64,000 nucleotides of DNA. Source: a virus. The number at the start of each line of letters is the position of its first letter. The first letter of the stretch is position 1. The notes below the pieces were generated by a model. It was given only the letters and a program-made list of their open reading frames with translations. It ran no database searches and was not told the origin of the DNA. The position numbers and the translations under genes were made by a program. Of this stretch, positions 1-9,276 are shown piece by piece. The DNA is taken from the IMG/VR virus record IMGVR_UViG_3300045993_000757, positions 11,110 to 75,109 of that record. One strand, 5' to 3'.

Positions 1-15
1 ACGCTGTGGTGAGGA

Positions 16-1332
16 TCATTTGGTGGCGCTTTTGATTTTCGCATAGAACTCCACCGCCTGATCCGAGCAGTACAACCCGCCGAACCAGTCCTTCAGGAAT
101 AGCCCTTCCAGCGTTCGGACACGCGACAGGGCGACGTAAGCCTGGCCGGGCTCGCGCGCGGCCCTGACGTCGATGTAGGCGCGATCCAGCGTGATCCCCT
201 GGCTCCGGTGCACCGTCATGGCGTAGGCCAGCCTCAGGGGGAACTGGACGTACTCCGCAAACGCTTCCTGGCCTGGCTTGCCATTCTTCCAAACACGCTT
301 CGACACCATCACCTCGCCCATACGCTCTGTCTCGACGTAGATGAAATCCCGGCTGATCTGCGTGACCTTGCCCGCGGTCCCGTTGACGTACATTCCATCC
401 GGGTCGTTGACGGTCATCATCACCTGACACCCGACCTTGAGGAACAGGTTCCGTGGCGTGAGGAGGTTGTCGGCGATGAACTCTCCGGCCTTCTGGTCCC
501 CGAAGATTTCACCGACGAACTCCGTGGCCTCGCCGGGAACGTCCTCCAGCATGGCGGTGTTCCACTTGTCCACCATCGAGTTGTGCGTGAACAGCCGGGG
601 GATGTTGGCGTCCGGGAACATCACGATTCGGTTGTGAAGGGTCTGGGCCGCTCGGCCGCTCACCTTGGCCACCCGGACCGCGCAGAGAGCCGAAATGAAG
701 TCGAGCTGGGTTTGGCGGTGGATCTTCTCCAGGAGGATGTTCGTGAACCCCGACTGTTCCCACACGGGATCCGCGAACGCCCAGTCGTAGGGCTTGGCCT
801 CGCCCTTGCGAACGGGAGCCAACTGAAGGAAGTCGCCCACCGTGATGACCTGACACCCGCCCCACGGCCGGTCGTCGTCGCGCAGTTTCCGGAACATCCA
901 CTCGATGAAGTTGAGCTGCCTACCGCTCAGCATCGAAATCTCGTCGATGACGAGCACCTTGCAGCGGACGATGCGCTCAAACCCGCGGCGGATGGACCTG
1001 TAAGGCTGGTCGCAGAGCCAGCGAAAGTACGTCTCGTTCGTCTCGTTGGGATCGCGCTGATCGGATCCCGGCCCCAGGAGCATCCCAGTCCAGCGATGGA
1101 TGGTCATGCCGCCGATGTTCAGAGCGGCGATGCCCGTGGGGGCGACGATGTCCACGACGTCCTCATGATCCTTGATGAAGTTTCGGATCAGCGTGGTCTT
1201 GCCCGTGCCGGCCATGCCGGACAGGTGGATGTTCTTCCCATCCATGGCGGCTTCTTGGAAGTCCTTGGCAGGATCTCCTTCGGGAACGGGAACTGGCGGC
1301 GGTTGGTTCGGATCTTCGGTGGTGATTTTCAT
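16..1332 (-). CDS. PIF1/RecD-like SF1B DNA helicase
   Basis: Walker A GMAGTGKT, APTGIAALNIGGMTIH, DEISML, GDFLQLAPV, QFPLRLAYAMTVHRSQG, YVALSRV: the full PIF1 motif set. Confidence 0.93.
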   Translation of the reverse strand: MKITTEDPNQPPPVPVPEGDPAKDFQEAAMDGKNIHLSGMAGTGKTTLIRNFIKDHEDVVDIVAPTGIAALNIGGMTIHRWTGMLLGPGSDQRDPNETNETYFRWLCDQPYRSIRRGFERIVRCKVLVIDEISMLSGRQLNFIEWMFRKLRDDDRPWGGCQVITVGDFLQLAPVRKGEAKPYDWAFADPVWEQSGFTNILLEKIHRQTQLDFISALCAVRVAKVSGRAAQTLHNRIVMFPDANIPRLFTHNSMVDKWNTAMLEDVPGEATEFVGEIFGDQKAGEFIADNLLTPRNLFLKVGCQVMMTVNDPDGMYVNGTAGKVTQISRDFIYVETERMGEVMVSKRVWKNGKPGQEAFAEYVQFPLRLAYAMTVHRSQGITLDRAYIDVRAAREPGQAYVALSRVRTLEGLFLKDWFGGLYCSDQAVEFYAKIKSATK

Positions 1333-1343
1333 AGGTTGCAGAG

Positions 1344-1376
1344 AAAAAAAGGCCCCCCGGATTGCTCCGGAGGGCC
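1344..1376 (-). terminator. Rho-independent terminator between SSB-like gene and helicase
   Basis: Minus strand GGCCCTCCGG-AGCAAT-CCGGGGGGCC followed by T7. Confidence 0.8.
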
Positions 1377-1429
1377 GTTACGGAGGCGGTTAAGGCCAAC
1401 TTCGAGTACAGACCCGACATGGCTTCATT

Positions 1430-2176
1430 TCAGTAAGGAATGGTGGAGTCGTCTTCCTCAACTTTGGCCTTCGACTTCTGGGCGACGTACCACTCCAGGG
1501 CGGCGACGAGGCGCTTGTCGTCCGCGGTGGCCTTGGCGTTATCCTTGGCTCCCGGCATCCAAAGCTCGGCGAGCTTATCCAGGCTGGCCGGATCGACCTC
1601 GCGCAGCTCGTGGCCGCTGTGCTTCCCGATGTGGATCTTGGTCTTCGAGTGATCCACCGGGGCAGCCGCCGCGGCGGACTGCTGACCGCCGGCGGGCTTG
1701 GGTGCCTCGGTCTTGTGATAGTTCGAGTCCTGTTTCGGGCGATCCTTCGTCCGTTTGTACTCCCCGGACGGTTTCACGGCGTCCGCCAGATTCTTCAGCG
1801 GGGTGCAGCTCGCGATGTTGGCGTAGACCTTGTCGTCCTTCTCGACCTGGGAGATGACGACGAAGCAGTTCATGCCAATGAGGGATTCCGTGTCGAACCC
1901 TTCCAGCTCCTCTTTGGTCAGGTCCCGACCGAACAGGGCCTTCAGGAACTTCCGGAAGTTGGCCTTCTCGTTGAGGCTGGGGGCGAATCCGTTGCTCCAA
2001 GCGCACCAGTGCTTGCCCTCCTCGTTCAATTCCGCCGTTTCGAACACGACGCGGAACTGGTCCTGCTCGCCGAACTTGGTCTGAACCTTCTTCGGCTCGG
2101 TGACATCGACGATGACGGCCGGGCCCTGATAGTCGGGATGGGGTTGGAAGTCCTTCCCCTGTTTGGTAATAATCAT
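1430..2176 (-). CDS. Phage ssDNA-binding/replication OB-fold-like protein
   Basis: Probable start MIITKQG at 2176; SLNEKANFRKFL..GRDLT.EEL.GFD core common in phage replication modules; SSB-type acidic-aromatic tail EEDDSTIPY; next to helicase. Confidence 0.7.
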   Translation of the reverse strand: MIITKQGKDFQPHPDYQGPAVIVDVTEPKKVQTKFGEQDQFRVVFETAELNEEGKHWCAWSNGFAPSLNEKANFRKFLKALFGRDLTKEELEGFDTESLIGMNCFVVISQVEKDDKVYANIASCTPLKNLADAVKPSGEYKRTKDRPKQDSNYHKTEAPKPAGGQQSAAAAAPVDHSKTKIHIGKHSGHELREVDPASLDKLAELWMPGAKDNAKATADDKRLVAALEWYVAQKSKAKVEEDDSTIPY

Positions 2177-2230
2177 TTGACAGTCCTTGATGTCTGATTT
2201 CCACTCCGCTCGGTGGTTTTTTTCAGTTGC

Positions 2231-2268
2231 AGAGCCCGGCCGAGCGGATCGGCCGGGTTTCTTCATTT
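2231..2268. terminator. GC-rich hairpin in divergent intergenic region
   Basis: CCCGGCCGA-GCGGA-TCGGCCGGG followed by TTTCTTCATTT on + strand. Confidence 0.5.
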
Positions 2269-2391
2269 CTCGGGCGCCAAATCCACAACTTGGCGCGTTT
2301 TCAATCTCCCGACCCGGTCGCGCGCTGTCAAGCTCGTTAAAGATTTCACTTTTTCGTTGCGCGCCCCAGCCCAGTCATCAATGGTTTCCGA

Positions 2392-2601
2392 ATGACAACC
2401 CGAGCAAAGCCGGACGGGAAAAGGAAAAATGACGTGATGCTTGTTTCATACAGGATCTCGAAGCAAACCATCCAACGGGCTGCGATGATTTCGAAGCGGT
2501 GGGGATGGAATAAAAGGACAACGATTGAGCGGGCGCTGGCTTTTGCGGCTTCACACCCCGACTTCTCGCCTCTGACATCCGATCCGGAGGCTGCCAAGTG
2601 A
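2392..2601 (+). CDS. Small basic protein, possible ribbon-helix-helix regulator
   Basis: 69 aa; VSYRIS strand then two helices; GTGA overlap with next gene. Confidence 0.5.
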   Translation: MTTRAKPDGKRKNDVMLVSYRISKQTIQRAAMISKRWGWNKRTTIERALAFAASHPDFSPLTSDPEAAK

Positions 2602-3059
2602 GCACGTCTCTCACTAAGTACGAGTGCGAGCAGGGGCTCGACAAGCTAGGCGAGGCCGAGGCGCTGCTGGCCATGGTTGAATCCATTCCCGATGCCAAGC
2701 AGATCGCCAACCAAGCCGACGCCATTCGTCTCTACATGAAGAAGGCCAACCTAGGACTGGCAAACCAGAACCGCGCCGCCGCTATCGCCATCAAGGCCAG
2801 AAAAAAGGCCGGGGAGATAGCGAAGACAATCGAACGCAAGCTTAACGCTCCGCACAAAAATGCTACCGCAGCCGGTTGCGGCAGCGAAAAGACACCACTC
2901 CAGAAGGCCCGAGAGGAAGCGAAGGTATCTGAGCGTACTCTGGAAAACTGGCAAACCCTCGCCACTGAAACCACGGATGCCGAGATCGACGAAGCCGCGC
3001 ACGAAGCTTTGGAAACCCAACCCAGAACTCCAGTTTCAGCAAGTGATCGCGCTGTATGA
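2598..3059 (+). CDS. Hypothetical phage protein (helical/HTH-like), possibly frameshifted near 3017-3024
   Basis: Good codon usage; +1 frame continuation ends at 3108 with ATGA overlap to next gene. Confidence 0.6.
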   Translation: MSTSLTKYECEQGLDKLGEAEALLAMVESIPDAKQIANQADAIRLYMKKANLGLANQNRAAAIAIKARKKAGEIAKTIERKLNAPHKNATAAGCGSEKTPLQKAREEAKVSERTLENWQTLATETTDAEIDEAAHEALETQPRTPVSASDRAV

Positions 3060-3104
3060 CCTCGCGCTCGTTGCATCGACAACCAGAAAGTCAGGAAAAT
3101 CTAA

Positions 3105-4997
3105 ATGAGACTCACCAAAATCACCGGTCAAAACGTCAAAGGCCGAAACTTCGACATCGAACTGAGCCCCGCCACGCTCCTTTGCGGCGGGAACTTCGCC
3201 GGCAAGAGCGCCGTCATCGCTGCCATCCGCTTCGGCATGGCCGGATACCTACCGCCCCCGGTTGGAAAGCTGCCCAGCAGCATCTACGCCGCGCTCGCGG
3301 GAAACCCTGAGGATGCCGGTCAACTCTCCGTGACGGTTCACACCATCATGGACAACCAGGGGAGGCTCCCGATGAGCTACGAGACCCGCCTGGTGAAGAC
3401 CGCGCGCGGCGGCGTGTCCACCGTCGGCGGCATTCCTGGTCAAATGGCCCTCCCGTCCGTGCTCGTGGATCCCAAAACCTTCTTCGCGCTGTCCGGCCCG
3501 GCCCGAGTTCAGGCCATATTCGAGGCCTGCGACGTGAAACTGGAGCCGGCGATTATCGCGGCGAAGATTCAGACCGCGGCCCCCACGACCTTCCCCGTCG
3601 CTCGCCGCACGGTGGTCATCCGGTCGGCGATCGACCGCTCCAAGGCCCTTAGCGCGGCTCACCCGCCCCATATCGCGCTCGGAAAGCTGATCGACGAGCA
3701 GAAGGAGCTCCTCAAGAACGTCAAGGCGACCGGCAAGACCCAGTCCGCCGTCATCCAGGCGATCAACTGGGAGGGCGAAGTGCCCATGGACGTGTCCGAG
3801 TACCTCGCCGAGGCTCTCCAGGCCCAAAGCGCGGCCGAGCGCGCGGAGTCGGACCTTCTCAAGCAGGCCCATGCGGCCAAGGACTGGGTCTCCAAGCGTT
3901 CCAGGCTCGATTCCGACGTTGCCAAGCTCCAGGCGGACATCGAACTGAACACCTGGGACCAACCGCCCGTCCCGTGGTCCGATTCGGAGGAGATTTCCTT
4001 GGTCGGGCACAAGCGCGAGCTTCAAAACCTTGTGATCCTGAATGCTCGGAAGCAGTCCAAGCGTGAATCCTTGCAGGCTCGTATCCGCCAGCTTCGAACC
4101 CCGACCCAGGGCGCTCCCAAGTGCCCGATCTGCGGTGGGCCGGCGGCGGACGCTCTTGACGACGCAGAACTTGAGCTGTCGTCCATCGGTCCCGACTACG
4201 ACCTGGAGCCGTTCCAGAAGCTCATTGCCACCCAGGAGGCCCGGAAGAAGAAGGCCGGCGAGGACGCGATCCGGTTCCAGCGCGACTTCTCCCTCGTCTC
4301 CAAGCTGACGGATCAGATCAGAACCCTGAAGTCTGGATGGGCTCAGGAAGGTCCGCTCGCGCCGTCGCCCGGGGAACTCGCCGCCGCATCGTCGATCGTC
4401 AAGAAGCGCCAGAACGCCGTCCTCTTGATCCGCGAGTCCGCTGTCCGTTGGGAAGCCTACCAGCAGACGTCCTCCAAGCGGGAGGCGGCTGAGAAGGCGA
4501 TGCTCGAACTGACGTGCGACGAGGCGGTCCTGGCCTCGATCATCGACGTGCTCCGTACCTTGATGAAGGACGTGGTCGAGACGGCCTTCACCAGCGTGCT
4601 GGCCTATGCCCGCCACTTCACGGACGGGATCCTCAACTCGCCCCTGGAGTACATCGAGGAACTCGGCCGGCGCGTTTCGGCCGCAGATAGGGCCATGGGC
4701 TGCACGGCCCCCATCGGATCCTGGATCAGCCACGAGTCGTTCAGTGGCACTGAGGAGGCCATCGCCTACGCCGCGTTCTCCGTGGCCATCGCCATGAAGT
4801 CGCCGTTCCGGCTGGTCGTCATCGACGAGCTGGGCCGGCTGGAGCAGGTCACGAAGGACAAGCTCATGGTCCGGATGGCGGAACTGGTGAAGGCCGGGAA
4901 GATCGACCAGTTCATCGGCGTGGACACGCTCTGCCACGACTACGACGGATTCACCACGGTCCGGCTTTCGGATCCTTCCGTTTCCTTCCATGAGTAA
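3105..4997 (+). CDS. Rad50/SbcC-like SMC ATPase with zinc hook
   Basis: Walker A GGNFAGKS, coiled coils around CPICG hook, signature FSGTE, Walker B VVIDELGRL. Confidence 0.85.
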   Translation: MRLTKITGQNVKGRNFDIELSPATLLCGGNFAGKSAVIAAIRFGMAGYLPPPVGKLPSSIYAALAGNPEDAGQLSVTVHTIMDNQGRLPMSYETRLVKTARGGVSTVGGIPGQMALPSVLVDPKTFFALSGPARVQAIFEACDVKLEPAIIAAKIQTAAPTTFPVARRTVVIRSAIDRSKALSAAHPPHIALGKLIDEQKELLKNVKATGKTQSAVIQAINWEGEVPMDVSEYLAEALQAQSAAERAESDLLKQAHAAKDWVSKRSRLDSDVAKLQADIELNTWDQPPVPWSDSEEISLVGHKRELQNLVILNARKQSKRESLQARIRQLRTPTQGAPKCPICGGPAADALDDAELELSSIGPDYDLEPFQKLIATQEARKKKAGEDAIRFQRDFSLVSKLTDQIRTLKSGWAQEGPLAPSPGELAAASSIVKKRQNAVLLIRESAVRWEAYQQTSSKREAAEKAMLELTCDEAVLASIIDVLRTLMKDVVETAFTSVLAYARHFTDGILNSPLEYIEELGRRVSAADRAMGCTAPIGSWISHESFSGTEEAIAYAAFSVAIAMKSPFRLVVIDELGRLEQVTKDKLMVRMAELVKAGKIDQFIGVDTLCHDYDGFTTVRLSDPSVSFHE

Positions 4998-6666
4998 GCT
5001 CAAATGCCACGTCACCTTCATGCACACGAGCGTTACCCCTGAGACGCTTCGGATGCTCGCCCTCTGCGTCACTTTCGCATCAAGGCATTACCAGGTGGTC
5101 GTAGTGACGAACCTCACCAAAATTCTGGATCCCCTCGGAATGCCCTGCGACATCAAGCAGAGGGATTACACTTTGGCGGTTCCCTGGTCGGTCCACAAAA
5201 TCAGAACGTACTCCGAGGCCGAGGGATCGGATCCATTCATCCATATCGACTCTGATGTCTTCCTGGTTGATCCGCTTCCTAACGATGTCCTTTCGGCCAA
5301 CCTGTTTGCTCAAAGCCTTGAGGGCGACAAGCACTATCAAAACATAGAATTCATGCCTAAGGACTGGAAGGAGAACTACCTTCCAGTGCCATTCAGGGCT
5401 TTCAACTGTGGCGTCTTCGGTGGGAACCCCGCCAGCGTCCGGGGGTTTGCCGCGGTGGCCATGGCTGCGTCCAGGGACTGCGGATCGGGGATTCCCGCCA
5501 CTTGGTGCGAGCAGGCTGTTCTTGGACGGTTCGATTGCAAAACGCTCTTGGATGTGTCGGACGAGACCGGAGAACCCATCGAGAACGGCGTTGGATACAT
5601 CCACTTGATGGAGTCCAAGCGAAGACCGGACCAGCAGGACAGGGTTAGGGCCAGGTTGGAACAAGAGAATCCAATCGTAGCAGCCAGGCTTGACCCACCT
5701 AAGCCTGGTGTCGCCTCGGCTGGAAAGGTGAAACCCAACGACATCCTGGATTTCTACAAGAGAGCGCGGCCCGCTGCTCGGCCGATTCGGTTTGAAAGGT
5801 ATTCCCCAGAACAGGTTACACTCACGGTGAGTCCGATGGGCCTTGGCGATGTCACGATCTTGACCGACATCGAGCGATGTGCGGCATCCGTTGGAAGGAA
5901 AGCTTACATCGCCAAGCGCGAGAGCGAAACATTTCGCACGGTGGTGAAGTTCTGCCCATCTCATTCCGGGAAACGAACGCCCTTGATGGTTTGTCTGACC
6001 GAGGCGTACTTGAAAAGCGGATGCGGACCAGGTCACCTGATTCAGAGAGCCCAAAGAATGTTTGAGCTTCCTGTGGACCCGGTTCCAAGGGGGAACATTC
6101 TGGTCCCAGGACGGTTTCATCGTCACAATAACCGGATCAGCATTCACGCAACTCCAGGTACTCATGTGGACTGGCAGCGGGAACTGCTTCACCCGCGCGC
6201 TCGATCCCTTTACCCCGACACCATCAGCGCAATCTACGATCTCGCGGGGGATAAAAAGTTCACCCTGGTCGAAGTGGGAAGCAAAAGATGCCTGGACCAC
6301 CGTCGAATTGAAGACGGAACGGGTGGCGGGATCGAGAATATGTTCCGGATCATGACGGAGTGTGAATATCACATCGGGATACTTTCGGGTCCGGCGCACG
6401 TCGCCGCCGCCATGGGGCTCAAACTCATCTTGGTCATCAATTTTCCGGAACCTGAAAAGCTGATGCTACCGAACCTCGTGGATATGGGGATTGTCGAGGA
6501 GGAGTGGATCCCCCCCCAGGCGTGCGTCCTGCACCAGGATCACGACTCCCGACACTGGCCTCTTTTGACCCCAAAATCTTTGCGATCCGCGGTCGCCGGA
6601 GAAGTCTACCCCTACTGGGATAATTCCATCCTCCACGAGCTTTCAGGTTTTCCAGGCTTTCAATGA
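4990..6666 (+). CDS. Two-domain glycosyltransferase (GT-A-like N-terminus, GT9-like C-terminus)
   Basis: PFIHIDSDVFL DxD motif, FNCGVFGG, EQ motif; C-terminal HIGILSGPAHVAAAMG typical of GT9. Confidence 0.7.
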   Translation: MSKLKCHVTFMHTSVTPETLRMLALCVTFASRHYQVVVVTNLTKILDPLGMPCDIKQRDYTLAVPWSVHKIRTYSEAEGSDPFIHIDSDVFLVDPLPNDVLSANLFAQSLEGDKHYQNIEFMPKDWKENYLPVPFRAFNCGVFGGNPASVRGFAAVAMAASRDCGSGIPATWCEQAVLGRFDCKTLLDVSDETGEPIENGVGYIHLMESKRRPDQQDRVRARLEQENPIVAARLDPPKPGVASAGKVKPNDILDFYKRARPAARPIRFERYSPEQVTLTVSPMGLGDVTILTDIERCAASVGRKAYIAKRESETFRTVVKFCPSHSGKRTPLMVCLTEAYLKSGCGPGHLIQRAQRMFELPVDPVPRGNILVPGRFHRHNNRISIHATPGTHVDWQRELLHPRARSLYPDTISAIYDLAGDKKFTLVEVGSKRCLDHRRIEDGTGGGIENMFRIMTECEYHIGILSGPAHVAAAMGLKLILVINFPEPEKLMLPNLVDMGIVEEEWIPPQACVLHQDHDSRHWPLLTPKSLRSAVAGEVYPYWDNSILHELSGFPGFQ

Positions 6667-7427
6667 AGCCACCCGCCATCATCTGGTCACCCGAAGCCCC
6701 GGTGGCCTCAGTTCTCATCGCCAGCTACAAGCGAACAGAGATCCTTCAGGGGACCATCGACTCCATCTTCGACACCGCATCCGATCCGGCAAAGGTCGAG
6801 GTCATCGTCCGAATCCATCTATCCGACCGATCCACCATGGAGTGGGCGATGAGCCAAGATCGTGTTAGGATCCTGGCTGGCGGGGACGATCGTGGATACA
6901 ACAGCATGGACGTTTTCATGAACTCTGTCGCTGCGCTCGCGACGGGTGACTGGCTCATGCTTTGGTCCGACGAGAACCGGATCAAGACGAAGGGGTGGGA
7001 TTCCGTGTTGAGCAAGGTCGATGCGTCAGCCCCGCTCTACCTTTATCCCAGGACGAAGCACTTCGGGGGCGGAAGAATCCCCATAGTTTCCAGGGCCCTC
7101 TATTTCGCCCTCGGCCACAACGGCCACACGTACTTCTCCGACACCTACTTGGACTCGCTGTGCCATCTGGCCGGCATTGTTCGACCAGTGGACTTCGACA
7201 CGGAGATGATTCCGGGTTTGGATCACGTCAACAAGCGAGACCCGGAGCAGCGCAGGGAGGCCATGATTGAGTTTTACAGCTCCTTCAACAAGTGGCGTTG
7301 GGAGATGGACAAACGGAAGCTTGGCGTTGCCCTGGGAAAGGATCTTGGGGATGCCGCCCTGTTCACGTTTGAGGATAAGGCCCAACTTCTTTCGACTGCG
7401 GTTCATACTCCGATCTGGGCTGGTTGA
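6663..7427 (+). CDS. Glycosyltransferase family 2
   Basis: SVLIASYKR..L..TIDSI, ATGDWLMLWSDEN, YFSDT. Confidence 0.8.
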   Translation: MKPPAIIWSPEAPVASVLIASYKRTEILQGTIDSIFDTASDPAKVEVIVRIHLSDRSTMEWAMSQDRVRILAGGDDRGYNSMDVFMNSVAALATGDWLMLWSDENRIKTKGWDSVLSKVDASAPLYLYPRTKHFGGGRIPIVSRALYFALGHNGHTYFSDTYLDSLCHLAGIVRPVDFDTEMIPGLDHVNKRDPEQRREAMIEFYSSFNKWRWEMDKRKLGVALGKDLGDAALFTFEDKAQLLSTAVHTPIWAG

Positions 7428-8881
7428 AGATTGGACATTGCGTGTCCAACCTTCCACTGGACAAATTTGTCGCGGGGGACATTATTGGCCGCGTGTCCGA
7501 CTCCATTGGCAATCCGACCCCAGGGGTGGAGATCACCCAGCTTCCGACGCCCGCTCAACTTCCGTCATCGCCGTTGTTCGCCAACCCGATGCCGAATCTT
7601 CCGGATCCTGAGAAGGAACGGCTGGAGATTCTGAAGGCGTTCGGGTTCCAGATCGACACCAGCTCGACCACCCCGGCCCTTCCGCCCGTCCCGAGCGCGC
7701 CCGCAGCCCCCGATGCCCCGGCCGTTCCCGCGCCCACCGCCACGCCTTCCCCCGCGGCTTCCGCTACGCCCACACCCCCGGCGACCCCCACTCCAGCCGC
7801 TCCGGCCGCTCCTCGCGAGCCCAAGCGCCTTCCGACCCCCGCGGAGATCGCTGAGAAGGCCATCAAGGAAGCGGCCGAGCGGCTGGCTGGAAAGCCCGCC
7901 GAGGTGCCTGCCGAGCCCGCTGCGGAGCCTGAAGATCCCGAGCTGAAGACCCGTCTCTCGGCGCTCAAGCTCCTTCAGGAGGATCCCAAGTACGCCAGTC
8001 GGGACATCGAGAAGGAGTACACCGGCTACCTGGGGAAGCTTTCCGATTACGAGAAGGAGTGGACGAAGGCTCATCCCAAGGAGGAGTTCGACCTCGACAG
8101 TTCTGAGCATGACTCCTGGCGCGAGAAGCACGAGCCCGAGATCGCCGAGGACGACATCCGCGCTGCGGAGATTGAGGTGAAGACCCTTCGTCGCATCGAG
8201 GAGCGCGAGGCCAGGAAGAACGAGGACGTGTTCGCCGGGCAACTCGTTTCCCAGGCCGGATCGGACGCTGCATCCGCCGTCGTGGAGATGCTTCAGTTCG
8301 CCGGGCCGGGTCCCGATGGCAAGCCGGTGACGGACCTCGACACCCTGGATAAGACGGATTGGGTGGCGGCGGTCGTCGCCCAGAATTACGTCCCCCAGGC
8401 GGCGGCTCTGTCGGCCACCATCACCACGCTCCTGACGCCAGGATCCCCGGTGAAGTACGACGCGACGAAGGCCGAGCATCGCGAGATTGCCCGCCAGGTT
8501 CAGCATTACGAGACGGAGATCCTCAAGCTGCCTGGGAACCAGCGGCTCGACGGACAGGGTCGCCTCTACGCCACGGAGGCCGAGTACGTTCGTCTCCCGG
8601 CGACGGAGCGGGCGAAGCGGTGGACGTTCCGATATTCCCCCACGGAGATGCGGGCCCTGGTCCTGAACGACATTCGGACTACCATGAAGGAGCATTACGA
8701 CCGAGTGAAGGCGCGCTCGGCCACGCCGGCGGTGGCTCCCCAGTCTGGGACTCCTCCTGTCACCGGCGTTGTCGCGGGACAGTCTCCTCCGGTTCGACCG
8801 CCCTCTGGTGGGTCCGGCCCAGGCTCAGTCCCGACGTCCACGACGCCTTCGACCACCCGAAAAATCTCCTTCTGGGAGTGA
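7424..8881 (+). CDS. Pro/Ala- and Glu-rich protein, putative capsid scaffolding protein (true start probably downstream, GTG 7493 or ATG 7589)
   Basis: Disordered Pro-rich N-terminus, acidic helical core, short conserved-looking C-terminal tip ISFWE; located in head module. Confidence 0.5.
   Translation: MKIGHCVSNLPLDKFVAGDIIGRVSDSIGNPTPGVEITQLPTPAQLPSSPLFANPMPNLPDPEKERLEILKAFGFQIDTSSTTPALPPVPSAPAAPDAPAVPAPTATPSPAASATPTPPATPTPAAPAAPREPKRLPTPAEIAEKAIKEAAERLAGKPAEVPAEPAAEPEDPELKTRLSALKLLQEDPKYASRDIEKEYTGYLGKLSDYEKEWTKAHPKEEFDLDSSEHDSWREKHEPEIAEDDIRAAEIEVKTLRRIEEREARKNEDVFAGQLVSQAGSDAASAVVEMLQFAGPGPDGKPVTDLDTLDKTDWVAAVVAQNYVPQAAALSATITTLLTPGSPVKYDATKAEHREIARQVQHYETEILKLPGNQRLDGQGRLYATEAEYVRLPATERAKRWTFRYSPTEMRALVLNDIRTTMKEHYDRVKARSATPAVAPQSGTPPVTGVVAGQSPPVRPPSGGSGPGSVPTSTTPSTTRKISFWE
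7431..7449. promoter_or_regulatory. Palindromic site TTGGACA-N5-TGTCCAA (copy 1)
   Basis: Perfect 7-bp arms; identical arms and spacing at 30628-30646. Confidence 0.6.
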
Positions 8882-9276
8882 ACGGCGAGGTCACACCGCG
8901 GGTTTTGGTCCTGGTCTGCCCCCTGAGCATCAAGAACCAGGCGGCAGCATCGGGGCTTTCGACCAAGCAATTCCGAAGGCTGACGCGCCAGTCCTGGGAC
9001 AAGTGGCGGATCGGAAGCGCCGAGAACTGGTGTACGGCCTGCGGAGTATCGCTGTTCAATCTGACGCTGACCCCCAAGCTTTCGGCCAACGTGGCAGACT
9101 GGAAATCAGAAGACCCCGAAATCGTCGCCGCCTTCAAGGACGTGTGTACCGCTCGGATTCCTGGCATTCGACTCTCCATCCGGAAGCTGCGTGATTACGC
9201 GAGCATGATCGAGGCGGCGGCGAAGCCACACCGACCACAACCAGAGAAGGGCCCTTCGTGTGGACTCCCCGACTGA
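8878..9276 (+). CDS. Hypothetical protein upstream of terminase (small terminase/HTH candidate)
   Basis: GTG start overlapping the previous stop (GTGA); 132 aa; overlaps TerL start. Confidence 0.5.
   Translation: MNGEVTPRVLVLVCPLSIKNQAAASGLSTKQFRRLTRQSWDKWRIGSAENWCTACGVSLFNLTLTPKLSANVADWKSEDPEIVAAFKDVCTARIPGIRLSIRKLRDYASMIEAAAKPHRPQPEKGPSCGLPD

Noticed and set aside
208-1857. 549-aa plus-strand ORF and similar long antisense ORFs (e.g. 3249-5072, 17879-19612, 43804-45369)
   Set aside because: Shadow frames opposite motif-supported genes in GC-rich DNA
1335-2234. GTTGCAGAG preceding both hairpins (1335, 2226)
   Set aside because: Only 9 bp and two copies; could be chance
8359-8877. 5' part of the 305-aa ORF
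   Set aside because: Out-of-frame overlap with the scaffold-like gene; only the part from GTG 8878 looks real
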